DNA of 64,000 nucleotides, taken from the NCBI GenBank assembly GCA_963701965.1, contig OY969695.1, positions 1,440,001-1,504,000 on the forward strand, written 5' to 3'. Made by a program: the position numbers and the translations under genes. Of the stretch, positions 16,901 through 27,219 are shown piece after piece. The stretch's first letter is position 1. Every line of letters begins with the position of its first letter. The stretch comes from an uncultured Gemmatimonadales bacterium. Its GTDB lineage: Bacteria > Gemmatimonadota > Gemmatimonadetes > Gemmatimonadales > Gemmatimonadaceae. The notes under the pieces are model-generated. The model did no database searches. It had not been told where the DNA came from and was given only the letters and a program-made list of their open reading frames with translations.

Positions 16901-18631
16901 GCGCTCCCGCGTGAGGCCGCCCGGTCCCAGCGCCGACAAACGCCGCTTGTGGGTCAGCTCGGCCAACGGGTTGGTCTGATCCATGAACTGCGACAGCTGC
17001 GACGACCCGAAGAACGCCTGGATGACCGCCGAAACGGTCCGGGCATTCACCAGATCATCGAGCGAGATCTTCTCGGGATCGGTGTTGATCGACATGCGCT
17101 CTTTGACCAGCCGCGCCATGCGCGAGAGACCGACGGAGAACTGATTGGCGATCAACTCGCCGACCGACCGGATCCGGCGGTTGCCGAGGTGATCAATGTC
17201 GTCCGTGTGCCCGCGGCCTTCGTGCAGCTCCACGAGATAGCGCACGATCGCGACGAAGTCGTCGCGGGTGAGCACGGTCTCGTTCGCCGGGCGGTTGAGG
17301 CCCAGGCGCTGGTTGATCTTGTACCGGCCGACACGCCCCAGATCGTAGCGCTTGGGCGAGAAGAACAACCGCTCCAGCGCCTGCTTCGCCGTCTCGCGGT
17401 TCGGGGCATCGCCCGGCCGCAGCAGCGAGTAGATCTGCTTGAGCGCCTCCTCCTCGGAATGCGTCGGGTCCTTGCCCAGCGTGTTCTTGATGAGCGCCGA
17501 CTCCACGCGACCCGAAGGCGCGAAGACCTGGACCTTGATGACGTCGGACTTCCGCAACCGCTTGATCAGCGTCGCGTTGAGCGGTTGGTCGGCCTCGGCG
17601 TATACCTCGCCCGTGGCCGTGTCGATGACGTCGCGCGCCAGCACCGGCGGCTGCTCGCGCTCGCCACGCTCGATCGCATCCAGCTCATCGCGGATGTCGA
17701 CGGTCGTGTAGGACGCGAACACCTTGATCTTCTTGTACTTGAGCTCGCGCAGACGCTCGGCCAGCTCCTCGGTGAGCTCCGTGCCGACCGCGATAGTCCG
17801 CTCGGCCTCGGCGGCGGCCTGCTCGGCCTTCGCCTTCTTGGTCTTGGGCTTGGGCGCATCGGGATCGTGCTCACGACCGGGCAGCACGACCTGTTCGGCG
17901 ACGATGGCACCGGCCAGCTCCCGCAGCTCCTGGCGGTTGGAGCGGATCTTGGTCAGATCGAGCTCACGGACACCGAAGAAGAGGTTGTACAGATCCGCGT
18001 CGTTCCCGTAGCCGAACGCGCGCAGCAGCGCGGTCGCCGGGAACTTCTTCTTCTTGTCGATGTGGACGTAGATCACGTCGTGAATGTCGACCGTGAACTC
18101 GACCCACGATCCGCGGAACGGAATGATGCGCGCCGAGATCAGGCGCTGCCCGTTCGGGTGCGTCGACTCCTCGAACACGGCGCCCGGAGACCGGTGCAGC
18201 TGACTGACGACGACCCGTTCGGCGCCGTTGATGACGAACGTGCCGAGCTTGGTGAGCAGCGGCAGCTCGCCGAGATAGACTTCTTTCTCGATGATGTTGC
18301 GCGGGCGCTTCACGCCGTTGACTTCTTCGTTGATCACCAGCTGAAGCGTCGCTTTGAGCGGGGCCGAGTACGTCATGTCGCGCTCGATGCACTCCTCGAC
18401 GGAGTACTTCGGCTCGCCCAGCGAATACTTCACGAACTCCAGCGAGAAATTCTCGTGGACGTCCGTGATCGGAAAGAGGTCCTTGAAGACGCGCTCCAAA
18501 CCGATATCTTCGCGGTCTTGGCTCGCCGCGTCGAGTTGGAGGAGGGCCTCGAAGGCCCGGGTCTGAATGTCGAGGAGATGCGGCATCCGCATCCCGCCGG
18601 CGAGCTTGCCAAAGGATATCTGCTTCATCAT
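13996..18631 (-). CDS. rpoB: RNA polymerase beta subunit (apparent one-base insertion at 16119-16121, likely sequencing error)
   Basis: N-terminal part in ORF 15644-18631 and C-terminal part in ORF 13996-16338. Removing one G restores ...[15 protein letters not shown]... Confidence 0.97.
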
Positions 18632-18773
18632 GTCAGGCTTGGTCCCAGTGTGATACGGACGCCGGACGGGAGACGGAGGCCCGGTCGTCCCGGCACGCGC
18701 ACGCGCCGAAACGACTCGTCTCCCTCTCCCTGCCCGACTTGGCCCTCTGTCGGCCGTACGCCAATCGGTCCAG

Positions 18774-19181
18774 CTACTTCACCTCGACCGTCGCGCCCTG
18801 TTCCTCCAACTTGGCCTTGATCTGCGCGGCCTCGTCCTTCGAGACACCCGCTTTCACCACTTGCGGCGAGCCGTCGACCAGGTCCTTGGCTTCCTTGAGT
18901 CCGAGCGCGGTGATCTCGCGCACGACCTTGATGACCTGAATCTTCTTCGCGCCCGGCTCCTTGAGCGTGACCGAGAACTCGGTCTGCTCTTCGACCGCCG
19001 GAGCCGCGGCGGCTCCGCCGCCAGCTCCGCCCGCCGCCGGCGCCGCACCGCCCACGGGGGCAGCGGCGATCGTCACGTTGAACTTGGTCTTGAACTTCTC
19101 GATCAACTCGGCGAGCTCGAAGACCGACATGTTGCCGATCACGTCGAGGATCTCGTCGCTGCTCATGGTTGCGTTAGCCAT
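18774..19181 (-). CDS. rplL: 50S ribosomal protein L7/L12
   Basis: [24 protein letters not shown]. Confidence 0.99.
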   Translation of the reverse strand: MANATMSSDEILDVIGNMSVFELAELIEKFKTKFNVTIAAAPVGGAAPAAGGAGGGAAAAPAVEEQTEFSVTLKEPGAKKIQVIKVVREITALGLKEAKDLVDGSPQVVKAGVSKDEAAQIKAKLEEQGATVEVK

Positions 19182-19244
19182 TGTGCTCGTCTCTCTCTCT
19201 GTAAAGTAACCAGGGGGGACTTTCGGAATCCCAGGTAACCCCCG

Positions 19245-19754
19245 TCACCCTTCCCGCTGTACGCGCAGCGCTTCCAGTGCGCCGGCGAACGTCGACAACA
19301 CCCCATTGAGCGCTCCGGCGAACCCGGCGAGCGGCGACTGCAGCGCTCCGCCGAGCTGAGCCAGGAGTTGTGCGCGCGACGGCATCGTCGCGAGCTTCGC
19401 AACCTGCGCCGAATCGATCGCCTTCCCGTCGAGGAGACCGCCCTTGACGGCCGGCTTCTCGAATTCTTTCGCAAAATCCGTGAGGACTTTGGCGGCGGTG
19501 ACCGGATCCTTCCCGATCACGATGCCGGTCGGACCGCGGAGCCGCGTCCCGGTCAGACCGCTTTCGTTCACCGCCCGCAAAGCGAGCGTGTTCTTGATGA
19601 CCAGATACTCGACTCCGCCCTTCCGCAGCCGGCGCCGGAGATCGGTCATCTGCTTCACGTTGAGGCCCGTGAAATCCGTGTAGTACAAGGCCTTGGCGCC
19701 CTTCATCTTGGTCCGGAGCTCGGCCACCAGCTCCTCTTTCTCGGTACGTTTCAT
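19245..19754 (-). CDS. rplJ: 50S ribosomal protein L10
   Basis: ATG at 19754 (MKRTEKEELV), DFTGLNV, KNTLA. Position between rplA and rplL. Confidence 0.97.
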   Translation of the reverse strand: MKRTEKEELVAELRTKMKGAKALYYTDFTGLNVKQMTDLRRRLRKGGVEYLVIKNTLALRAVNESGLTGTRLRGPTGIVIGKDPVTAAKVLTDFAKEFEKPAVKGGLLDGKAIDSAQVAKLATMPSRAQLLAQLGGALQSPLAGFAGALNGVLSTFAGALEALRVQREG

Positions 19755-19755
19755 C

Positions 19756-20448
19756 TTAACGGTAGGGTGTCGTGTCAACCGTGATGCCGGGGCCCATCGT
19801 GCTGGACACGGCGACGTTGCGGATGTACACACCCTTGGCCGCGGCGGGCTTGGAACGGACCACTTGGTCCATTAGGGCGTTGAAGTTCGTCTCCAAGGCA
19901 TCAACGGCGAACGACACTTTGCCGATCGGGGCGTGGAGATTACCGCCTTTGTCGACCCGAAACTCGATCTTGCCGGCCTTCACGTCGCGCACGGCGCGCG
20001 TGACGTCGAACGTGACCGTACCCGCCTTGGGATTGGGCATGAGTCCGCGCGGACCGAGCACCCGCCCCAGTTGGCCGACCTGACCCATCTGGTCGGGCGT
20101 GGCGATCATCACGTCGAAGTCCAGCCAGTTGTCCTTGATCTTCTGTATGAACTCGGTGCCAACGAAGTCGGCGCCCGCGGCCTGAGCCTCGCGCGCCTTG
20201 TCGCCGGCGGCGATGACGAGCACGCGAACGGTCTTACCAGTGCCCGCGGGCAGCACGACGGTGCCGCGTACGAGTTGGTCAGCGTGCCGGGGATCGACGC
20301 CGAGGTGCACCGCGACCTCGACCGTCTCGTCAAACTTGGCATACGCTGCCTGCTTGACGAACTCGAGGGCCGCGCGTGGCGCCTGCGGTACGCCGATAGG
20401 CAGCCGCTTGGCCGCGTCGGTGTACTTCTTCCCGTGCGTCGTCTCCAT
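19756..20448 (-). CDS. rplA: 50S ribosomal protein L1
   Basis: [29 protein letters not shown]. Confidence 0.99.
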   Translation of the reverse strand: METTHGKKYTDAAKRLPIGVPQAPRAALEFVKQAAYAKFDETVEVAVHLGVDPRHADQLVRGTVVLPAGTGKTVRVLVIAAGDKAREAQAAGADFVGTEFIQKIKDNWLDFDVMIATPDQMGQVGQLGRVLGPRGLMPNPKAGTVTFDVTRAVRDVKAGKIEFRVDKGGNLHAPIGKVSFAVDALETNFNALMDQVVRSKPAAAKGVYIRNVAVSSTMGPGITVDTTPYR

Positions 20449-20870
20449 CAGCCCTTGACCTCCAGGCCCATCGAACGCGCGGCGCCAGCGACCATGGCCT
20501 CGGCGGACTCGATCGAGTCGCAGTTCAGATCAGGAAGCTTGATCTCGGCGATCTTCCGCACCTGGGCGCGGGTGACCGACCCAACCTTGATCTTGTTTGG
20601 GGTGCCCGATCCCTTCTCGATGCCGGCCTCTTTCTTCAGCAAGACCGCCGCGGGCGGCGTCTTGGTGATAAAAGTGAACGACTTGTCACTATAGATCGTG
20701 ACTTCGACCGGCAGGATGGTATCCTGCCCCTGCGTTCGCGCGTTGAACTCCTTCACGAACGCCATGATGTTGATCCCCTGGGGACCAAGCGCGGTCCCGA
20801 CAGGAGGTGCCGGATTCGCGCGCCCCGCCGGAATCTGGAGCTTCACGAACCCCGTAACTTTTTTCGCCAT
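20448..20870 (-). CDS. rplK: 50S ribosomal protein L11
   Basis: [20 protein letters not shown]. Confidence 0.99.
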   Translation of the reverse strand: MAKKVTGFVKLQIPAGRANPAPPVGTALGPQGINIMAFVKEFNARTQGQDTILPVEVTIYSDKSFTFITKTPPAAVLLKKEAGIEKGSGTPNKIKVGSVTRAQVRKIAEIKLPDLNCDSIESAEAMVAGAARSMGLEVKG

Positions 20871-20957
20871 CGTGTCCCTCTCTCAGCGTCGTCCCTACGA
20901 CTCCCACTGTTCTTTTCACGTCGGCGTGGTCTCCGACGTCCAGCAACCCTGCAGGCG

Positions 20958-21500
20958 TCAGTACGCCTTTAACTGCAAATAGTCGAGCTCAACCGACGTC
21001 GGCCGTCCAAACAACGAGACCGACACCCGAACCTTGCCTTTGTCCGCCATCACTTCCTCGACCGTGCCGTTGAAATCCGTGAACGGCCCTTCGGTGATGG
21101 CCACCGCCTGTCCCACCAGGAACGGAATCTCTTCCTTGGGCTCCTCAGGCTCGGCGTCCGACGCGATTCCGAGCAGCCGGTTGACCTCTTCCGGCCGCAA
21201 CGGCTGCGGCAGCCGATCATGCCCAACGAACTTGATCACCCCTTGGATGCCGTTGATGGTATGAATCGTTTCCTGGTTCATGACCATTTCAACGAGCACG
21301 TACCCGGGATACATCTTCCGTTCGACGTTCACCTTCTTGCCGTTCTTGATCTCCACCACTTCCTGCGTCGGCACCAATGCCTGCCGGATGGACCGATCCT
21401 CGGCCCGGGCGGGATCCAATTCGATCTTCCGCTGGATCAGGGACCGGACTTTGTTCTCGTGACCCGCTGTCGTCTGGATCGCGTACCAGCGGTGCTCCAC
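20958..21500 (-). CDS. nusG: Transcription termination/antitermination factor NusG
   Basis: GTG start 21500 (MEHRWYAIQT), YPGYVLVEM, KOW motif GPFTDFNG, FGRPTSVEL. Confidence 0.97.
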   Translation of the reverse strand: MEHRWYAIQTTAGHENKVRSLIQRKIELDPARAEDRSIRQALVPTQEVVEIKNGKKVNVERKMYPGYVLVEMVMNQETIHTINGIQGVIKFVGHDRLPQPLRPEEVNRLLGIASDAEPEEPKEEIPFLVGQAVAITEGPFTDFNGTVEEVMADKGKVRVSVSLFGRPTSVELDYLQLKAY

Positions 21501-21502
21501 GG

Positions 21503-21800
21503 TCAACGACCCGCGAATGCCTGCGGAATCCATCGCACCAGTACCGCTTGAAGCGTGACGTCCATCAGCGCGATGACGCCGCCGATGAACAGGGAAAGCA
21601 CAATGACGAATACCGACATCTTCCGCACTTCCGGAATGTCGGGCCAACTGACCCGGCGCATTCTCATTCATGATGGCGCGGTACGTCGCCGGCAGCGCCG
21701 CGATCCACGCCACGAGCCGGGCGGGAAAACCGACCACCGACGACCCGAACCGCGCGATCCAACTCTCGTGACTGCCGGTCCGCGCCACATTGACGGCCAT
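21503..21800 (-). CDS. secE: Preprotein translocase SecE (apparent extra base at 21661-21662)
   Basis: Removing one A from GAGAATG gives ...IMNEMRRVSWPDIPEVRKMSVFVIVLSLFIGGVIALMD..., the SecE EMRRVSWP motif plus TM helix. Position rpmG-secE-nusG. Confidence 0.92.
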
Positions 21801-21953
21801 CTACTTCGTTTCCTTATGCACGATGTGCTTGTCGCACCGCGGACAGTACTTCTTCCACTCGACGCGCTCGGGATGCGTGCGCTTGTTCTTCGTGGTGAAG
21901 TAGTTGCGATTCTTACAGTCGTTGCAGGCCAGAATGATCTTTTCGCGCGCCAT
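21801..21953 (-). CDS. rpmG: 50S ribosomal protein L33 (Zn-binding, two CxxC)
   Basis: Hand translation [50 protein letters not shown]. Absent from the ORF track because it is short. Confidence 0.97.
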   Translation of the reverse strand: MAREKIILACNDCKNRNYFTTKNKRTHPERVEWKKYCPRCDKHIVHKETK

Positions 21954-21974
21954 GATCCGTCTCTATGATTGCAG

Positions 21975-23168
<1,194 letters not shown>

Positions 23169-23234
23169 GACTGATATGCGTCCAGAAAAGTGTCTATGAT
23201 CTATGCTGTCGACTTCAGTTCCTACTCAACAACA

Positions 23235-23307
23235 AGCTCGCGATCGGGATTGAACCGATGACCTCACCCTTACCAAGGGTGTGCTCTACCGACTGAGCTA
23301 CGCGAGC
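23235..23307 (-). tRNA. tRNA-Thr(GGT)
   Basis: 73-nt cloverleaf GCTCGCG...CTTGGTAAG...GGTTCAATCC. CCA not encoded. Confidence 0.96.
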
Positions 23308-23365
23308 GGCTTGCTTCATCTACTTTCTCGCTGCGCACTCCACACTGATACAGCATCACCCAGCA

Positions 23366-23438
23366 AGCGGGAGACGGGGCTCGAACCCGCGACATCAAGC
23401 TTGGAAGGCTTGCGCTCTACCAACTGAGCTACTCCCGC
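23366..23438 (-). tRNA. tRNA-Gly(TCC)
   Basis: 73-nt cloverleaf GCGGGAG...CTTCCAAG...GGTTCGAG. Confidence 0.96.
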
Positions 23439-23449
23439 GTCTCCCTCGA

Positions 23450-23532
23450 TGGTGGGAGAAGGATTCGAACCTTCGAAGGCGTACGCCGGCAGATTTACAG
23501 TCTGCTCCCGTTGGCCACTTGGGTATCCCACC
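23450..23532 (-). tRNA. tRNA-Tyr(GTA)
   Basis: Cloverleaf with long variable arm and anticodon loop CTGTAAA. Confidence 0.96.
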
Positions 23533-23571
23533 AGACAGCCCCTCTCGCCCGCAGCGCGCCGAACAACAGAG

Positions 23572-23644
23572 AGCTGACGGCGAGACTTGAACTCGCAACC
23601 TGCTGATTACAAATCAGCTGCTCTGCCAATTGAGCTACGTCAGC
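23572..23644 (-). tRNA. tRNA-Thr(TGT)
   Basis: 73-nt cloverleaf with anticodon loop TTTGTAA. Canonical thr-tyr-gly-thr-tuf order. Confidence 0.96.
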
Positions 23645-23667
23645 ACAGCAATTTTGCGCGAGCCCGT

Positions 23668-23696
23668 AGAATACTCTAGACAAAAGTGAGTGTCAA
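23668..23696 (-). promoter_or_regulatory. sigma70 promoter of the tRNA-tuf operon
   Basis: TTGACA, 17-bp spacer, TATTCT. Confidence 0.85.
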
Positions 23697-23737
23697 CCTG
23701 TTCTCATTCCGCTCTTTACCCCGCCGCCCCCAACCCA

Positions 23738-25273
23738 TCACCTGACCTTCTTCCAAGATGTCCCGACGCCCGAGTCCGCGATCTGTATCCCCTGGGAAGC
23801 GAGCTCATCCCGGATGGCGTCGGCCTTCTTGAAGTCCCGGCTGGCCCTCGCGGCCGCTCGCTCCGCGAGACGGCCGTGCACCCATTCACGAACAGCGGCC
23901 TCTTCCGGCGTTTCGTCGTTCGTAATCGCGATGCTCACTTGGCCGACCGTCGACTGACTCTTCACGCCAGACACCGCGACGTTTGCGTTAAGACCGCCTG
24001 CGGGGTAAAGACCACGTGGCCGCAGAGGCGGGACGATCCCGAGCGTCGCCTCGACGAAGTCGAGGCCGCGCCGGGCGTGGTCGACCGCGGAGCGGTCGCC
24101 ACCCTTACGGTCGAGGTCGGCATTCGCGGCATGCACAAAGTCGAACACAGCAGCCAACGCCCGCGGCGAGTTGAGATCGTCGGACAAAGCCTCGCCAATG
24201 CGCCCCTCCAACTCGGCCCCGATCCTCGCCATGGCCGGCGTGCCACCCAACGGCGCATCGTCCAGCCGCTCAGCAAGCTCAGCTATACGCGAAACAGCGT
24301 TCTTGGACGCCTCGAGGCCTTCGTCGGTCAGGTTCAACACCTGCCGATAGTGCGTGTTGTAGATGAGATGCCGAACGGCAGCCGCTGGCACCCCTTCGGC
24401 CCTCAAATCGCCGACGGTGATGACGTTGCCAACGCGCTTCGCCATCTTCGCCCCTTCGGTGAGCAAGAACTCCCCATGGCACCAGTGCCGCGCGAACGTA
24501 ACACCGGTCGCCCCTTCCGACTGGGCGATCTCGTCCTCGTGATGCGGGAAGATCAAGTCGATCCCGCCGCAATGGAGATCGAAAGTCTCGCCGAGGATGG
24601 TCATAGCCATGGCCGAGCACTCGAGATGCCACCCGGGCCGCCCGCGCCCCCAGGGCGAGTCCCAGGCGGCGCCGGTCCGCTCATCCTCGGGCTTGGCCGC
24701 CTTCCATAGCGCAAAGTCCTGCGCGTCTTCCTTGGAATAGTCGTCCTGCGACACCCGCGCGCCGGTCTTGATCTCGCGCGTGTCGAGGCGCGACAGCCGC
24801 CCATAGGCTGAAAACCGCCGAATGGCGTAGTACACGGACCCGTCGTCGGCGCGATACGCGATCCCGCGCTCCATGAGCCGCGCCACGAGCGCGATCATCT
24901 GCGGGATGTACTCCGTGGCCCGCGGATAGTGCTCGGCGGGCACGATCTTGAGGTAATCGCGGTCGGCGAAAAAACGCTCCACCTGCGGCGCCGTCACCGC
25001 GCCGATCGTGATATGCTCCCGCGCCGCCTTGGCGATGATCTTGTCGTCGACGTCGGTCAGGTTCATGACCTGCTCGACTGTCCACCCGCGCAACCGAATC
25101 GCCCGGCGCAGCAAGTCCTCGAACAAGAACGTCCGGAAATTGCCGATATGCGCGGGATTGTAGACGGTAGGCCCGCACGTGTACACGTGCACGGTCTCCC
25201 CGTCCGCCGGGGCGAACGCTTCGACCGCGCGTGACATCGTGTTGTAGAGCAGGAACTGGGGGCTTGGCGGCAT
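23738..25273 (-). CDS. cysS: Cysteine--tRNA ligase
   Basis: CGPTVY, HIGN, GRPGWHLECSAM, FPHHEDE, KMAKR (KMSKS variant). Start taken at ATG 25273. Confidence 0.97.
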   Translation of the reverse strand: MPPSPQFLLYNTMSRAVEAFAPADGETVHVYTCGPTVYNPAHIGNFRTFLFEDLLRRAIRLRGWTVEQVMNLTDVDDKIIAKAAREHITIGAVTAPQVERFFADRDYLKIVPAEHYPRATEYIPQMIALVARLMERGIAYRADDGSVYYAIRRFSAYGRLSRLDTREIKTGARVSQDDYSKEDAQDFALWKAAKPEDERTGAAWDSPWGRGRPGWHLECSAMAMTILGETFDLHCGGIDLIFPHHEDEIAQSEGATGVTFARHWCHGEFLLTEGAKMAKRVGNVITVGDLRAEGVPAAAVRHLIYNTHYRQVLNLTDEGLEASKNAVSRIAELAERLDDAPLGGTPAMARIGAELEGRIGEALSDDLNSPRALAAVFDFVHAANADLDRKGGDRSAVDHARRGLDFVEATLGIVPPLRPRGLYPAGGLNANVAVSGVKSQSTVGQVSIAITNDETPEEAAVREWVHGRLAERAAARASRDFKKADAIRDELASQGIQIADSGVGTSWKKVR

Positions 25274-25309
25274 CCGGCGCAGCAAGGTAGGACCCGCCAC
25301 AGGGGGCGG

Positions 25310-25900
25310 TCAACTGAGCACGTGAAGCGCGAACGCGAGCGCGGATGGCGCCACAATGCGCTCCGCGCTGACGGCGACGAGCATGCTCCACACAATAATC
25401 GCCGCCGCGTCGCGGCGATCCCAAAGGTCCGGCCCGTCGCCACCGCGCGCCGCCGCGCGCGCCTGGGCGAGCGCCGCCATCCAACAGCACGCCGTGGCGC
25501 CGAGCGCGAGCGCGGCCGTGAGCGCCGGCGCCGGCGGCGCCAAACGCGAGACCCACCCGGCGACCGATACGGGCCGCGGCGCCACCAGCGCGGCGACCGC
25601 CCGCGCCACTGGCTCGCTGGTCAGTGGCGCGACTCCAGCCGCGAACCACCGCCGAAATGCCGGCGTGCGACCCGACGGCCCCGCGGCACGCCACACGACC
25701 GCGCCAACCGGTACGACCGCCAACCGCGGCGTCCACGCCACCACGGCGAGCAAGTGCCGCAGCACGGGCTCGAGCGCCAGCGCATGCGAGGGATGCGGCG
25801 AACCGAGGAGCACCGGCAGGAGCTCCGGCGCCAGCGTCAGCACGAGCGCCAACGCCGCCCCCGCGTGCGCCGCCGCGGCCGCCGCGATCAGCCAGCCCAC
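25310..25900 (-). CDS. Hypothetical multi-pass membrane protein
   Basis: GTG 25900 overlaps the ATPase stop. About 196 aa with several hydrophobic segments. Confidence 0.6.
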   Translation of the reverse strand: MGWLIAAAAAAHAGAALALVLTLAPELLPVLLGSPHPSHALALEPVLRHLLAVVAWTPRLAVVPVGAVVWRAAGPSGRTPAFRRWFAAGVAPLTSEPVARAVAALVAPRPVSVAGWVSRLAPPAPALTAALALGATACCWMAALAQARAAARGGDGPDLWDRRDAAAIIVWSMLVAVSAERIVAPSALAFALHVLS

Positions 25901-26472
25901 GCGAGAGCACCTCGAACCAGCGACAGCACGCGATCGACCTGGCTGGGCGCTTCGCGCGCCGCGAGCACCACCGTCACCCCGGCGCGCGCCAGCGCCGGCA
26001 GGAGATCGGGCGGGATCGGCGCATCCACGAACGCGAGCCGTGGTCGCGCCGCCAGCAGGCACGCCATGCGCAACCGGCTGACCGCATCATAAGGAAGGCC
26101 ACCCACGACGGACGCGTGGCATTCGGAGAGACCGACGCCGTCGAGCGCCTCCGCCACCGCCGTGGCGCTCGCGGTGCGCGCGCCCAGCGCGACGGCGTCG
26201 ATGACGGTCATCCACGCATAGGCCACGCATGCGCCGGAGACGTACGTGGCGGCACCGGCCGACTCGACGCGCCCGGCGTCGGGACGCAGCAATCCCGCCG
26301 CGCAGAGCAAGAGCGTGGACTTGCCCGATCCCGCCCCGCCAACGATGGCGACCCTCTCGCCGGCGTGGACATCGAGGTCGACGCGCCGAAGGACACGCAC
26401 GGCCGCCGCGCACCCCGGTACGCCGGACCGGTACGACTTCCGAAGCTGGCGGATCGCGAGCACGCGCGTCAT
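25888..26472 (-). CDS. ABC-type ATP-binding protein with degenerate motifs
   Basis: ATG 26472 in an ATGA overlap. Walker A GGAGSGKST intact; signature reads LPYDA; Walker B LAFVDAP. Confidence 0.8.
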   Translation of the reverse strand: MTRVLAIRQLRKSYRSGVPGCAAAVRVLRRVDLDVHAGERVAIVGGAGSGKSTLLLCAAGLLRPDAGRVESAGAATYVSGACVAYAWMTVIDAVALGARTASATAVAEALDGVGLSECHASVVGGLPYDAVSRLRMACLLAARPRLAFVDAPIPPDLLPALARAGVTVVLAAREAPSQVDRVLSLVRGALAWAG

Positions 26473-26942
26473 CGCGCCACCATCCGCAAAGCAATCATAA
26501 ATGCCGCGGTAGTCTGGACATCGTACCGCGCGACGATCGACCCGCGGGAGATCGCGATGAACGCCGGCACGGCCCGGATCGCGAGCGCCCGCGCCAGGGC
26601 GCCGTTGGGGTCCAACGCCAGGGCGGCACGAACGCCGAGCGCGGTTGCCCATCGCGACACCGCGCGGCCGGAGTCTGGCGGTTCGGCGGCGACGATGATG
26701 GCGCGGACGCGCAGGGCCGCGGCGGCCGAGTCGAATCGCGCCGCGACCGGTCCGCAGTGGCCGCACCGGCGGCTGACGTACAGCACGCCGACTGGTGCGC
26801 CGAGCGTCGCATTACCCCGGACCGGTAGCAAAGCGGGCGGCGAGAGGACCGGCGGCGCGTCGACGCGGCGCCGGACCAGCGCCGCCGCCGGCAGAGCGGC
26901 GGCACTGGTGAACAGCAACGCGGTCAGAAGCCAATGTCGCAC
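26469..26942 (-). CDS. Exported thioredoxin-like (TlpA/ResA-like) protein
   Basis: GTG 26942, hydrophobic N-terminus, CGHC motif, ALDPNGALARALAIRAVP cis-Pro loop. Confidence 0.75.
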   Translation of the reverse strand: MRHWLLTALLFTSAAALPAAALVRRRVDAPPVLSPPALLPVRGNATLGAPVGVLYVSRRCGHCGPVAARFDSAAAALRVRAIIVAAEPPDSGRAVSRWATALGVRAALALDPNGALARALAIRAVPAFIAISRGSIVARYDVQTTAAFMIALRMVAR

Positions 26943-27112
26943 AGAAACGTGCCGAGCGCGCCACAATACCCGCGCAGCAGACTCGAGAAGAGGAGTGTCC
27001 GGGGAAAGACATCGGTGCACAAGCCGGCGGCTGCGACCGAGCACTGGGCGGGCGCTGGCGACGGCGTGCCGAATGCCGTCACGACAACAAACAGGAACAC
27101 GAGGGGTTTCAT
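26924..27112 (-). CDS. Small secreted Cys-rich peptide (62 aa)
   Basis: GGAG RBS 6 nt before ATG, Sec-like leader ending A-P-A, 40-aa core with four Cys. Stop overlaps the thioredoxin-like gene. Confidence 0.65.
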   Translation of the reverse strand: MKPLVFLFVVVTAFGTPSPAPAQCSVAAAGLCTDVFPRTLLFSSLLRGYCGALGTFLCDIGF

Positions 27113-27157
27113 GCGAATCTCCGGAGGACGGTGAAAGAACTGCGGCCTGCGGAGACG

Positions 27158-27193
27158 AAAATCGTGGTGGCGAGGCCCGGGGCCATCACCACG
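27158..27193 (-). terminator. Possible terminator after the pspA operon
   Basis: CGTGGTG...CACCACG stem with inner GGCC pairing, followed by ATTTT. Confidence 0.4.
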
Positions 27194-27219
27194 CGCGTAC
27201 GCGCGCCATCGGCGCGTTG

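Noticed and set aside
20958..21800. Apparent 280-aa SecE-NusG fusion
   Set aside because: Produced by the single extra base in secE. NusG has its own GTG at 21500.
23221..23740. Prophage or island integrated at the tRNA cluster
   Set aside because: No integrase and no duplicated tRNA 3' end were seen.
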